A DNA stretch of 64,000 nt from an uncultured bacterium (GCA_963851445.1 CAWKPH010000002.1:102183-166182); one strand, 5' to 3'; shown: positions 50,455-59,832, numbered from the stretch's first letter. Numbers and translations: made by a program. Notes: a model not told the origin generated them from the sequence alone.

Positions 50455-51472
50455 GGAAAAATCTATTTCTTACTCGAGCTAGGGCAACGTGTCGTAGAAA
50501 GTTCCCGGCAGCTTCAATTTCCTCAAATTCTTTATCGTAACTTTTTGGAAAATCGTCCATGCCACTATCGAAATGAAAAGACTGAATCACCTCTTTTGCC
50601 TTATCGGGGTCTGCAGTAAGATCAAACATTCCACCTGGCCGCTGCGCCTGTATTCTCTTTACGAGCGCGCTCTCAAACAGTGCACTGAGCATTGCTTCGG
50701 GTAAGCGTTTCTCACTATAAGGGCTCTTAAAAATAAAATCCGAAGAAAGGCCAAACATGTGGTTATCTCTCAGCGTGGTTGCATTCTGGAAGACCAGATT
50801 TAGAGGATCTGTCTCAAGCTGCAACCACTCATCTTGCATCCCTCCGCGTGGGGGAATTATAGAAACTGCAGGAAACACCGGAGCAAGGTGGGGAAAGTAG
50901 ATATTCGGATATACATCAGCTTTCCAGTATGATTCTGCAACTGTAGCAAACTCAGTAAAATCTTCTATGTTTTTTATTGGTGCAGAATCAATATGAGGAT
51001 GAAATACTACGGGCGGCTTAGTTCTATCAACGGTATCATTTGCGACATCCAAAATTGCGTTGCCAATTTGTATAGCATTTTGAAAATATACTCCCTTATC
51101 GACTCCCCAGAATCCATGCATAACGCCTCCTTGTCGTACGAAATTCTTTAAAGCCTGGAGGCCCGGCTGACTTCTATCGTGCATTTGTCCGTGAAGTTTT
51201 TCAATCACCGCAACAGTAATATCACCGCACATTCCTTCAGGGTATTTTCTATCCCAGAAACGCATAGCGGCTCGAATTTCGGGATCCTTAAGTAAATCCC
51301 TATCAACTTCTTTTCTTATCCCCGCCACATCCTCAACGATTGCTTCTTGGTACGGTAACACCCATCGTTCGGTAAGTCCTTTTTGTGTTTCGTCTGGAAT
51401 GATTAGTCTACTTTCTAGATGAGAATCCGAATTTTTGACGATATTTCTCCACATAGATCTTTCCATGGACAT
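50447..51472 (-). CDS. Hypothetical protein
   Basis: 341 aa from ATG 51472 with TATAAT just upstream; YPEGMCGDIT and YFQNAIQIG segments suggest a conserved family. Confidence 0.75.
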   Translation of the reverse strand: MSMERSMWRNIVKNSDSHLESRLIIPDETQKGLTERWVLPYQEAIVEDVAGIRKEVDRDLLKDPEIRAAMRFWDRKYPEGMCGDITVAVIEKLHGQMHDRSQPGLQALKNFVRQGGVMHGFWGVDKGVYFQNAIQIGNAILDVANDTVDRTKPPVVFHPHIDSAPIKNIEDFTEFATVAESYWKADVYPNIYFPHLAPVFPAVSIIPPRGGMQDEWLQLETDPLNLVFQNATTLRDNHMFGLSSDFIFKSPYSEKRLPEAMLSALFESALVKRIQAQRPGGMFDLTADPDKAKEVIQSFHFDSGMDDFPKSYDKEFEEIEAAGNFLRHVALARVRNRFFQF

Positions 51473-51502
51473 GACAAGATTATAACCCGATAGATCAATA
51501 TA

Positions 51503-51532
51503 TGGCTTCGTATGAGAAACGACTTTAGAAAG
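51503..51532 (+). repeat. Cassette-boundary motif copy 5
   Basis: TGGCTTCGTATGAGAAACGACTTTAGAAAG (reads WLRMRNDFRK), then GGTATGAAAAAA and a hairpin. Confidence 0.65.
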
Positions 51533-51603
51533 TGTGTGGTATGAAAAAACCGCAGGCGAGAGGTTAGACCTCACACCTGCGGCACACATGAGTCGTAAAG
51601 ACT

Positions 51604-51771
51604 CTAATCACTGTCGCTATTCAGCGTAACTTCAATTTCTGCCTCGAAATCGCCCACGAGCCTGTCGATATTTTCTCTCAGGCTCCAGTGCCAGTCGAGG
51701 ATATCGATCGCACTCGAGAGCATTAAGAGAATTCCTGCGATGATTGCAAAAGTGGCCATATCGTTATTCAT
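51604..51771 (-). CDS. Small single-TM protein (55 aa; not in the ORF track)
   Basis: AGGAG then MNNDMATFAIIAGILLMLSSAIDILDWHWSLRENIDRLVGDFEAEIEVTLNSDSD*; fills the unit between motif copies 5 and 6. Confidence 0.55.
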   Translation of the reverse strand: MNNDMATFAIIAGILLMLSSAIDILDWHWSLRENIDRLVGDFEAEIEVTLNSDSD

Positions 51772-51982
51772 GTGCGTATCTCCTGGCGTTGCCCCAGTGC
51801 TGCAGACCTCTTGAGCTCTTCATCAATTTGCTTAAGCCGTAGTTGTAAGAGCAAAAAGAGTGCCAAGCTGATCAAATCGAGAAACCACGTGAAAGAGCTC
51901 TTTACACAGTCTTGTGCACTAAAGAACATGAGCTTTGTTCCCTTTGTTTAGCTAGCGTAACTTTAGCATCAAAACCTGATTT

Positions 51983-52012
51983 GTCAGTCGATTCGTGTAT
52001 GAGGTTAGAACC
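51983..52012 (+). repeat. Cassette-boundary motif copy 6
   Basis: ...CGATTCGTGTATGAGGTTAGAACC. Confidence 0.8.
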
Positions 52013-52080
52013 TATGTATAAAAAGAAAACCACCCCTCCGTCGAAACGAAGAAGTGATCTTCGAATCGGTGAGGTGGCAG

Positions 52081-52461
52081 TTATGTGAGAATTCTCTTGA
52101 TGGTCGAGGCGAGCTCGGAATCATCACCGGGGATATCTTTATGGACGTAGGTCATCCACGGGAATACCTTAAGCAACATCTCCAGCTCTTTTGGAGCCTC
52201 CGACGTGTGCAATATCGTCGGCGGTCTCTCACTCAGACGACGGTTCATGTACTGAAGCAACTCAATCCCGGCATCAGAAATGCGATGCATGTTGTTGTCG
52301 GTGATCACAAGAGAAAAAGTCTCATTCTCAAGCTGTTGAGTAGCTTGATGAAGATCTTTCGCCATGACAGGGATGTGCCCGCAGGCTGTAACCGCGGCGC
52401 ATGCCCGGTCCAGCCAATGCTGCTCATCGTCAACGACGAGAACGTGTTTTGGAACGGTCAT
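52081..52461 (-). CDS. Single-domain response regulator (receiver)
   Basis: VLVVDDE, phospho-acceptor LVITDNNM, ILHTS, YVHK. Confidence 0.85.
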   Translation of the reverse strand: MTVPKHVLVVDDEQHWLDRACAAVTACGHIPVMAKDLHQATQQLENETFSLVITDNNMHRISDAGIELLQYMNRRLSERPPTILHTSEAPKELEMLLKVFPWMTYVHKDIPGDDSELASTIKRILT

Positions 52462-52524
52462 GATTTCCTCGCAAGTTCAGAGTAACCTTGTATATAATAC
52501 ATATATCTTTGCATTTGTCAAATC

Positions 52525-52554
52525 AGGCTTCATCTCTTAGAGGACGTTAGAACG
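52525..52554 (+). repeat. Cassette-boundary motif copy 7
   Basis: AGGCTTCATCTCTTAGAGGACGTTAGAACG (reads RLHLLEDVRT). Confidence 0.8.
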
Positions 52555-52606
52555 TGAGTGGTATGAAAAGAGTCCTGGGTTTTGTCCAGGACTCAGTAGT
52601 GGAACC

Positions 52607-53887
52607 TCACTCGACATCTTTGGCGATATCGGTGCGGTTCTCCTTGTTATTGTAGTAGATTTGATCAGCGGCGGCATATGCGGTCTTTCGCGCGTCGGCA
52701 ATGGCTGGACCCATACCAACAACACTGAAGACACGGCCGCCGGTGGTCTTGGTAAGGAACGAAAGCGGTTTAGTACCAGCATGCAGGATGGTGGCATTCG
52801 GAAACTCGGTTGTGTCACCCGATACCCACATACCCGTCTCGTATTTGCCAGGATATCCTCTGGAAGCCAGGACAACACATACGGCTGCCTCAGGACTGAC
52901 TTCAAGAGGAGGAAGTTCGGCGAGACCTCCAACCTCAAGCGTCCCCAACATGTACGGAAGGATGTCGGAAGTCGTGCGCGCGAGAATCACCTGGGTTTCA
53001 GGGTCGCCGAAGCGCACATTGAACTCCATCAATTTCGGACCCTTTGCGGTCAGCATCAAGCCTGCGTAGAGCAAGCCTCGAAAGGGAAGGCTCTCCTGAT
53101 GTTTGAATGCAAGAAGCACACGAAGGATAATCTCGTTCTTGATACGCTCAAGGAGTGCGTCATCGACATCGGACAACGGTGAGTATGAACCCATGCCGCC
53201 CGTGTTTGGACCTTCGTCCCCGTCATACGCCCGTTTGTAGTCACGCGCTGGGGGAAGAAGAATCGCATTCTCACCATCACAGAATGCCATGACAGAGCAC
53301 TCGAGCCCCTCAAGACGTTCTTCGACGACAATGACATCACCAGCCTTTCCATGCACGCCGTTCACAAGCATGTCTTCAGCCGCATCGATAGCTTGTGCGT
53401 GGGACTTTGCAACTACAACCCCTTTCCCCGCACAAAGACCATCAGCCTTTATTACGGGGGGAGTATCGAAAGAATGAATGGCCCGAAGTGCGTCCTCCAT
53501 TGAACTAGCGACATGAAACGGTGCTGTTGGAATCCAGTAAGCTTTGCACAGACGCTTCGTGAAGGCCTTGCTACCTTCAAGAACTGCCATTCTTGCGGTC
53601 GGTCCGAACGCCGCAATGCCATGTTCGGCAAGACGATCGACGAGACCATTCACTAGCGGGACTTCAGGACCAATGACGACCAGGTCGACGCTCTCGTCGA
53701 GCGCGAGCTGTACGATGCCGTCCATGTCGGTAACTGCCACGTCGTGGATCTGTCCGCTACGGAAGCCACCATTGCCAGGACTGCAGAGGACTCTACTGAC
53801 TTTCGGACTCGTCTCCAGCTTTTTTGCGAGCGCATGTTCACGCGCTCCGCTGCCGATGATGAGGATCGTCATGTCTTCAGTACGCAT
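52607..53887 (-). CDS. purD: Phosphoribosylamine--glycine ligase
   Basis: IGSGAREHAL, PGNGG, IGPEVPL, KADGLCAGKGV, DYKR..DGDEGPNTGGMG, EFNVRFGDPETQ. Confidence 0.96.
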   Translation of the reverse strand: MRTEDMTILIIGSGAREHALAKKLETSPKVSRVLCSPGNGGFRSGQIHDVAVTDMDGIVQLALDESVDLVVIGPEVPLVNGLVDRLAEHGIAAFGPTARMAVLEGSKAFTKRLCKAYWIPTAPFHVASSMEDALRAIHSFDTPPVIKADGLCAGKGVVVAKSHAQAIDAAEDMLVNGVHGKAGDVIVVEERLEGLECSVMAFCDGENAILLPPARDYKRAYDGDEGPNTGGMGSYSPLSDVDDALLERIKNEIILRVLLAFKHQESLPFRGLLYAGLMLTAKGPKLMEFNVRFGDPETQVILARTTSDILPYMLGTLEVGGLAELPPLEVSPEAAVCVVLASRGYPGKYETGMWVSGDTTEFPNATILHAGTKPLSFLTKTTGGRVFSVVGMGPAIADARKTAYAAADQIYYNNKENRTDIAKDVE

Positions 53888-53959
53888 TGTTGCCTCCTTA
53901 AGGCTCTTAACTCGGTTGGTACATCTCCAAGTAACCTACGCTAAGGAGTGTATAAGTCA

Positions 53960-53989
53960 AAACTGTAGCTGTTAGAGGAAGCTAGAACG
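53960..53989 (+). repeat. Cassette-boundary motif copy 8
   Basis: ...CTGTTAGAGGAAGCTAGAACG. Confidence 0.7.
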
Positions 53990-54018
53990 TGCTTTATGCA
54001 AAAGGCTATACTTAAAAA

Positions 54019-54435
54019 ATGGATTTCAGTGGCACTAAAATAGCTCTCCTATACGACGACAAACTAGTTATGTCGCTTCGCGATAATAAACCTGGTCTTC
54101 GCTTTGCCAACATGTGGGACTTTGCAGGGGGAGGTAGAGAAGGGGAGGAAACTCCTATAGAGTGCTCAGTACGAGAAATAGAAGAAGAGCTTGGCATAAC
54201 GCTAAAGCCAGAATCATTTATCTGGCAGAAAGAATATCCAGCCATGCATGATCCAAGCCTCACAGCTCACTTCCTAGTGGCACGAGTTTCAAAAGCTGAA
54301 GTGGATGCTATTACGTTTGGAGACGAAGGACAGCGATGGGATCTGATGGATATAAAAACCTTCTTTGACTCAGAAGATGTAGTACCTCTTCTAAAGGGAA
54401 GATTTCAGGACTATTTGGATCAAGCACCTTCCTAA
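54019..54435 (+). CDS. NUDIX hydrolase
   Basis: WDFAGGGREGEETPIECSVREIEEELGI. Confidence 0.9.
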   Translation: MDFSGTKIALLYDDKLVMSLRDNKPGLRFANMWDFAGGGREGEETPIECSVREIEEELGITLKPESFIWQKEYPAMHDPSLTAHFLVARVSKAEVDAITFGDEGQRWDLMDIKTFFDSEDVVPLLKGRFQDYLDQAPS

Positions 54436-54458
54436 ACTTGCTTGGAAACATGCACAAC

Positions 54459-54500
54459 GTTCATATGTTCACCGTTAAGATGAGAACCTGTTTGGTATGA
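54459..54500 (+). repeat. Cassette-boundary motif copy 9 (degenerate)
   Basis: AAGATGAGAACCTGTTTGGTATGA followed by an A-run and a hairpin, as in the other copies. Confidence 0.45.
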
Positions 54501-54794
54501 AAAAGACGCATCCGAAGATGCGCCGAAAGGACGGGGGAAGGATGGAAAGACTGCGTCCCGCCCCCTGGTGTCATAATCGAGAAGAAGCAGAATAACTGTG
54601 CCAGCAGTCCTCTCATTTGAGAGACGTTCCTTGGGAGACGAAACGTATCCTGTTCTCGATCAAAGCGCCGGAATGACCGACACCTGGCAGGTTTGACAAC
54701 CTATCTTTCGCCCAACAGAGAAAGACTATCAAACCCACACTTGGTGTCAATTGCTCTCTGTTGGAGAGCCGGATCTGTTTGTAAGAAAAGCCGC

Positions 54795-55121
54795 CTACGC
54801 TCCAGTTGGAGAGGCGGCTTGCGACCGAACAGTGACCCACGAGAGAGGAGGATGCTCCCGTTCTAGGGAGAGAAATTCTTTATTACGATAGCCACATCCG
54901 CAAAGTAGGTACACTGAGCCACACACCACAGAAATGACCCACTCATGACTGAAGAGCGCGGCAATACCCATGAGTAGAAATGCCAGTCCCCAAAACCAAA
55001 TCAACTTGCGGTATTTATAGATATAGAGTTCCTTGGGAGTACTCGGCTCTTCATAGGACGTAAAGAACGGAATGAAGATCCAGAATAGCCACTTGAGGAA
55101 GAGAACCGAGATTTTGCGCAT
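54795..55121 (-). CDS. Small membrane protein
   Basis: AGGAG upstream; hydrophobic segments. Confidence 0.6.
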   Translation of the reverse strand: MRKISVLFLKWLFWIFIPFFTSYEEPSTPKELYIYKYRKLIWFWGLAFLLMGIAALFSHEWVISVVCGSVYLLCGCGYRNKEFLSLEREHPPLSWVTVRSQAASPTGA

Positions 55122-55132
55122 TGCATCTCCTC

Positions 55133-55507
55133 TCAGATTATGAGCTTCGAACCTTCACCTCTCCAGAACCCCTGCGCGGGATTGAATGGATAGATGAAGC
55201 ACTCGACGGTTGCTTTCGGGAACAGCTGTCCCACGGCCATTCCCAAGTGCCACGCCAGTCGTTCACGAACGCTCGCAGTACGTTCCGGTTTCTCGAAAAG
55301 GCCGGTGACTTCCACGATGATTTCCGACCCGAGGCCGTATTTCATCAGATCAGGTGGGAACAGACAGGTCATGTCGTTCTCGTCCTTAAACCCGAGCTCC
55401 GTTACGCCGACGACTGCGGCTACGATGGCTTGATGCAGCTCGTTAAGCTTATTTTCGCGTTTCCCCTCCTCTATATTAGGGAGGCACCATACTTTGATGA
55501 CGGGCAT
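55133..55507 (-). CDS. Hypothetical protein, possibly tautomerase-like fold
   Basis: Start MPVIKVWCLP (Pro-2) after AGGAG; alternating strand/helix pattern. Confidence 0.55.
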   Translation of the reverse strand: MPVIKVWCLPNIEEGKRENKLNELHQAIVAAVVGVTELGFKDENDMTCLFPPDLMKYGLGSEIIVEVTGLFEKPERTASVRERLAWHLGMAVGQLFPKATVECFIYPFNPAQGFWRGEGSKLII

Positions 55508-55562
55508 AGCCACGTCTCCTCTCTGTTGATCCGAGGGCACTATATCACATAAACACAGGGCG

Positions 55563-56399
55563 TCATTTTAGAGCATAGAAATCGGCGAAGTACTCCTGGT
55601 ACCACGGCACATCTTTAAAGATGTCGAATTTAAGTAGAAAACCACCTGTTCTGATAATGGCAAAAGGAAGAGTAGCAATGAGAATAATGAGAAAGACATA
55701 AAAGATACTCGGCACGTGGAGGTATGAAGCTACTAATACAGCAAGCGAGATTGCTACTGTTTCAATCCCTACTCGTACGAAATAGAAGACGAAAAGACGC
55801 GAAAAATTCTTCCACCGATAAGCGATACGCACCATGTCGAGTTTCTGGGCTGTATTCACATGTGAGTTACAAATGACGGAGCCTGTCGCAAGAAGCATAT
55901 ACCACGTTGGATAGCCAACAGTCACCAGGACGACAAGCAAGAGAGCGCCAGTAAGGCCGGTCAAACCGAGCGGGAAAACAACAAGGTATACAAGGCCGAG
56001 AAAGACAAAGGCAAAGATAGCACTCACCATCACTTCGAGGATAAAATACTGAACGGCTCTAAGCGTAAAGACGGCGCGTAGTCCTCGTAGGAGCGGACGA
56101 TCTTTTTTGGCAAAGATAGTGAAATTCGCTTCAACTTCAAAAATCGTAATGGCAGCAGCACCAATGAGGCTCAGCGAGTCGAGGAATATTCCAAGCGGAG
56201 TAAGAAGCAGATGAATTAATAACAGGAGCGTATTCCATATCGAACTCGCCTGAGTCCAAGCCACATGAACGTTTTGAAGTATCGAACTGCTCCCCGCGAA
56301 CTGGTTATAGACAATTAAGATGATGACGAGAACCAGAATCACGGGATTGCGAACGGCCCACGAAAGACCATTCTTAAGGAGATGCCAAATCCATTGCAT
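55563..56399 (-). CDS. Multi-pass membrane protein
   Basis: About 7 hydrophobic segments; start MQWIWHLL at 56399 with TATACT just upstream. Confidence 0.75.
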   Translation of the reverse strand: MQWIWHLLKNGLSWAVRNPVILVLVIILIVYNQFAGSSSILQNVHVAWTQASSIWNTLLLLIHLLLTPLGIFLDSLSLIGAAAITIFEVEANFTIFAKKDRPLLRGLRAVFTLRAVQYFILEVMVSAIFAFVFLGLVYLVVFPLGLTGLTGALLLVVLVTVGYPTWYMLLATGSVICNSHVNTAQKLDMVRIAYRWKNFSRLFVFYFVRVGIETVAISLAVLVASYLHVPSIFYVFLIILIATLPFAIIRTGGFLLKFDIFKDVPWYQEYFADFYALK

Positions 56400-56433
56400 G
56401 TTGTGCAGTATAGCTCGTTGGTATATTTTCTCT

Positions 56434-56796
56434 ATGCCCGATCTCGACGACCTCCTTAAGGCGTATGAAAAAGCGAATAACTCCCACGACTGGAAGCAGG
56501 TAGAACCTTTTGTCCATTCCAATGCCTCATACTTCTTCACCGATGGAACCTTCAATGGCATCGAAGAAATTAAAGAGGCAGTTACCGCTACCTTTGAGAA
56601 AATCCAAGAGGAGACTTATACCGTGAGCAACATACGCTGGGTTGTTGCGGACGATACGGTGGCTGTCTGCACATACGATTTTCACTGGAAGGGAGTAGTC
56701 GAAGGGAAACCCAAAGAGAGTAGTGGTAGAGGAACGAATGTGTGGGTGAATCAAGAAAAGGGTTGGCAGATTATTCATGAGCATTTGAGTGCGTAG
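56434..56796 (+). CDS. NTF2/SnoaL-like (DUF4440-type) protein
   Basis: YEKANNSHDW...YDFHWKG...GRGTNVW...WQIIHEHLS; start at ATG 56434. Confidence 0.85.
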   Translation: MPDLDDLLKAYEKANNSHDWKQVEPFVHSNASYFFTDGTFNGIEEIKEAVTATFEKIQEETYTVSNIRWVVADDTVAVCTYDFHWKGVVEGKPKESSGRGTNVWVNQEKGWQIIHEHLSA

Positions 56797-56808
56797 GATA
56801 GCTATCTC

Positions 56809-57416
56809 ATGATAAAGGCTATTATTTTCGATTCAGATGGCATGCTTACTCTCGATACGAGATTCAGTTCTGTGTACGCTAATGAATACGGTATCTCAGT
56901 CGATGAAATGACCCCCTTCTTTGTGGGTCCTTTCAAAGATTGCTTGGTCGGTAAAGCTGACCTCAAAGAAGAACTGCAGAAAGGGTGGCTTGCCAAGTGG
57001 GGTTGGGATAAATCTGCTGATGAGTTATTGAAATATTGGTTCTCCGTAGGCAGTGCTCCTGATCCTGCAATTCTCGCCACTATTCTTGAGTTGCGAGATA
57101 GAGGCATCATTTGCGTGCTTGCAACTAATCAAGAAAAGTACCGTACCGACCACATGCTCAAAGAATTCGGCTACGCGGAGGTGTTTGATAAGGTTTTCTC
57201 CTCTGCCTATGTCGGTCACAAGAAGCCATCACGCGAGTTCTTTGACGAAGTGATGAGCTATCTTCAAAGCAAAGATCGACTATCACGAAAGAAGAAGTAA
57301 TGTTTTGGGATGACGATATTGGGAATGTTGAAGGAGCTAAAGAATTTGGCTTTGATGCGAACCAGTTTCTTGATGTTGAGAAGTACGAACAAACAATAAA
57401 TTCAAGAGCTAACTGA
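56809..57416 (+). pseudogene. HAD-family hydrolase, frameshifted near 57276
   Basis: Motif I FDSDG, ATNQ, KKP; the motif IV part (KEEVMFWDDDIGNVEGAKEFGF) continues in a shifted frame to TGA 57416. Confidence 0.8.
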
Positions 57417-57417
57417 T

Positions 57418-57738
57418 ATGGAAAAACGATACAAGATTGTCGTCTACGTTCCTGAAAGCCATGCAGACAAACTCCGTGAAGCAATGGGTATCGCGGAAGC
57501 AGGGAAGATAGGTAACTATTCTCATTGTACCTTCAGCATCAAAGGCACCGGTCGTTTTAAGCCTCAGGAAGACTCACACCCGACGATTGGAGAAGTTGGA
57601 AAGCTTGAGGAAGTCTCTGAGGAACGCATTGAAACAGTATGCGAAGGTAGCAAGCTCCAAGAAATACTGAGAGCGATTCGTAAGGTGCATCCGTATGAGG
57701 AACCCGCGACCGATGTATATCTGCTTGAAAACATATGA
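57418..57738 (+). CDS. YqfO/Nif3 PII-like domain protein
   Basis: YKIVVYVPESH, AGKIGNYSHC, GTGRFKP, HPYEEPA. Confidence 0.88.
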   Translation: MEKRYKIVVYVPESHADKLREAMGIAEAGKIGNYSHCTFSIKGTGRFKPQEDSHPTIGEVGKLEEVSEERIETVCEGSKLQEILRAIRKVHPYEEPATDVYLLENI

Positions 57739-58310
57739 ACACAACCTGCATCATCATCCATGGCTGTCCTTCAAACGTCGAGAAAGCCATGGACCCCGAG
57801 ACACGGACATACGACAAGCACTGGATTCCATGGACGAAGAAAACTCTAACAGAGCTCGGCATCCCCACTGAAACCCCACTCATGCCTGATCCATGGGAAC
57901 CCTCGTATGAGAAGTTCAAAGCAGAGTTCGAGAAATACGAAGTAAACGAAGCAAGTATTCTCATAGGCCATAGCTGTGGGACAACGTTTCTTCTTCGATG
58001 GCTTGGGGAGTCAAAGCAGAAGATCGCCAAACTCATTCTTGTTGCACCATGGGCTATTGCTGATAAGGATGACGAAGCTCGCCGCAAGTTCTACGAACAT
58101 CCAATTGATCCATCTATCAAAGAAAGAGTCGGAGAAATTGTTCTTTTTACTGCAGACGACGAAGACCCCGATGGCAAAGAGAGTCTCAAGATAATTCATG
58201 ACGTTATAGGTGGCAAAATCATCGAACTCCCTCACCATGGCCACTACACCATGGATGATATGGGAACAGTGGAGTTTCCCGAGCTTATTAAAGAAGTTGT
58301 AGAAGTCTAA
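57735..58310 (+). CDS. Alpha/beta hydrolase (RBBP9/YdeN family)
   Basis: IIHG, HWIPW, nucleophile elbow GHSCG, GHY. Confidence 0.88.
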   Translation: MNTTCIIIHGCPSNVEKAMDPETRTYDKHWIPWTKKTLTELGIPTETPLMPDPWEPSYEKFKAEFEKYEVNEASILIGHSCGTTFLLRWLGESKQKIAKLILVAPWAIADKDDEARRKFYEHPIDPSIKERVGEIVLFTADDEDPDGKESLKIIHDVIGGKIIELPHHGHYTMDDMGTVEFPELIKEVVEV

Positions 58311-58312
58311 AT

Positions 58313-58555
58313 ATGAGCAGCCAACCACAAAACGCACCACAGGAGGTACTCGATGACGGTAGCGGCGGGACCACAGTCATTGATCCTGCGGCGCAGGTTC
58401 AGGGTGTAGCGGCCAATGCCGCAGCCGCTGGCCAATTCATCGCCGCCATGGCCGGATTTGCTGGAATGCATGGGAGCGGTCTGGCCGGCAGCTCTTTCGA
58501 GACCTGGCGCGGCGTGCAAGTCGGCCTGGCGGTGCCGAGGATTCAGGAAGCCTGA
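58313..58555 (+). other. Short chimeric-looking ORF or foreign GC-rich fragment
   Basis: 80 aa; DDGSGGTTVIDP...QFIAAMAGF lies in a GC-rich patch unlike the flanking genes. Confidence 0.35.
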
Positions 58556-58718
58556 AGCTTCCCTCAAAACGGCGGTGCTCCTGCCCGGATTCGTCTGAAC
58601 TCTTCGGTGACTCGGATGTTGAGCGGTTGTCCCCGCCGCATCACTGACGAGTTCCTACTCTCGTCTTTGCCATTCTCTCCGTTATACAATAATCCAGCGA
58701 ATGGTATAATAAAATATA

Positions 58719-59036
58719 GTGAAAGAAAAAAACAGTCTCGCGTTCTATCTGATGATATCCCTTCCGGCGGTCGTGATTATTTATGTCTACATCAGCGCTA
58801 TATTGGCTGATTTTTCTAACCTACAAGTGTGGCTCCCATCTACAGATCAACTTGGATATATATATTATATATTCGCCGGACTTATCGTTTCAATTGTAAA
58901 CTTTGTTAGATCTGGACTCCGCATATTCCTATTCAGCTTGCTTGCCATCCCGATCGGGCTGTTCGCTGTCTTCGTCATGGAACAGGTGCTTATAATTATA
59001 CAAGTAATGCTGACGATCGCATTGCAGGGGCCATAA
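58719..59036 (+). CDS. Small membrane protein
   Basis: Three hydrophobic segments; TG-G-TATAAT just upstream of the GTG start. Confidence 0.6.
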   Translation: MKEKNSLAFYLMISLPAVVIIYVYISAILADFSNLQVWLPSTDQLGYIYYIFAGLIVSIVNFVRSGLRIFLFSLLAIPIGLFAVFVMEQVLIIIQVMLTIALQGP

Positions 59037-59373
59037 CCAGACTCTAGGGCTTTGGCCATCGGCCATAGGACGTCGACGCACCAGTCAGTCTTCCGGGGCC
59101 GCCTTCAAGGACTCCCTCCGCGGCGGAGCGTTTTATGCCCGATCATTTCGTCCCGACCATGCGATAGGGGATAAGTCGAACGGGCACGTCGAGGCCCGCG
59201 ACAAGCAGGGCCGCTCTCAGTGAAGAGGCGCTCGACGAGGTGATGGAGCAGAACCGCGACCGGTACTGCGGCACACTTGACGATGTGGTCGGCTTTGATT
59301 TTTCACCCGAAGCGACGGCCGAAGCGCCGACGACGGCCAGACAAGCAAGCCCGCCCTCGTCATACGAGGCCGT

Positions 59374-59793
59374 GCCGACGAGCGGGCAATCGCCGAATCG
59401 CTGGAGGGCGCGGCAGCAAAGATCGAAACCGAGCTACGGGAGCTAACCGGCCTTCGCCTTCGCGCCGTCATTTCGGATGAGGAATTCTTGGACGAGCGAC
59501 GACGGCTTGCGATGGAGCGGGCGTTGCTGACGGAAAAGTTGGCGAACGCGGCTAAATCACATTCTCGGTTCGAACCCGCACAGGCCCTCATCTCGTTCAG
59601 CAACCAGGCCGTCGATTGGTTTTCGCGTGGCGATGACCGTGTTCGCCGCCTCATCATGGAAATCGTCGGTTCGAACCCCGTGCTGAAAGGCCAAATCCTC
59701 AGCGTTCAAGCGGCGAAACCGTTCACGCTCGCGAGCCATTTTACGCTCTGTCCAGACCCGTATGATAGAGGAGGTTAGAACGTGGATGGTATA
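59374..59793 (+). pseudogene. 3' remnant of a large serine recombinase (coiled-coil/C-terminal region)
   Basis: Reading upstream of the listed ORF gives ADERAIAESLEGAAAKIETELRELTGLRLRAVISDEEFLDERRRL...RLIMEIVGSNPVLKGQILSVQAAKPF; no catalytic domain; ends in motif copy 10. Family call is by recall. Confidence 0.65.
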
Positions 59794-59805
59794 AAAAGAG
59801 CGCCC
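59753..59805 (+). repeat. Cassette-boundary motif copy 10
   Basis: CGTATGATAGAGGAGGTTAGAACGTGGATGGTATAAAAAGAGCGCCC; 41/42 identical to 61297-61338. Confidence 0.85.
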
Positions 59806-59832
59806 CAGACACATAGTCCGAGGCGGCTTTAC

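Noticed and set aside
51983-52012. Motif as a dif/Xer-like site (TGAGGTTAGAA loosely resembles the XerD arm TTATGTTAAAT)
   Set aside because: No convincing XerC arm or dyad symmetry, and all copies are direct rather than alternating. The link to the serine recombinase tail fits better, but this is not fully excluded.
57270-57300. Programmed frameshift in the HAD gene
   Set aside because: No convincing slippery heptamer with a stimulatory structure at the break; a simple 1-nt deletion is more parsimonious.
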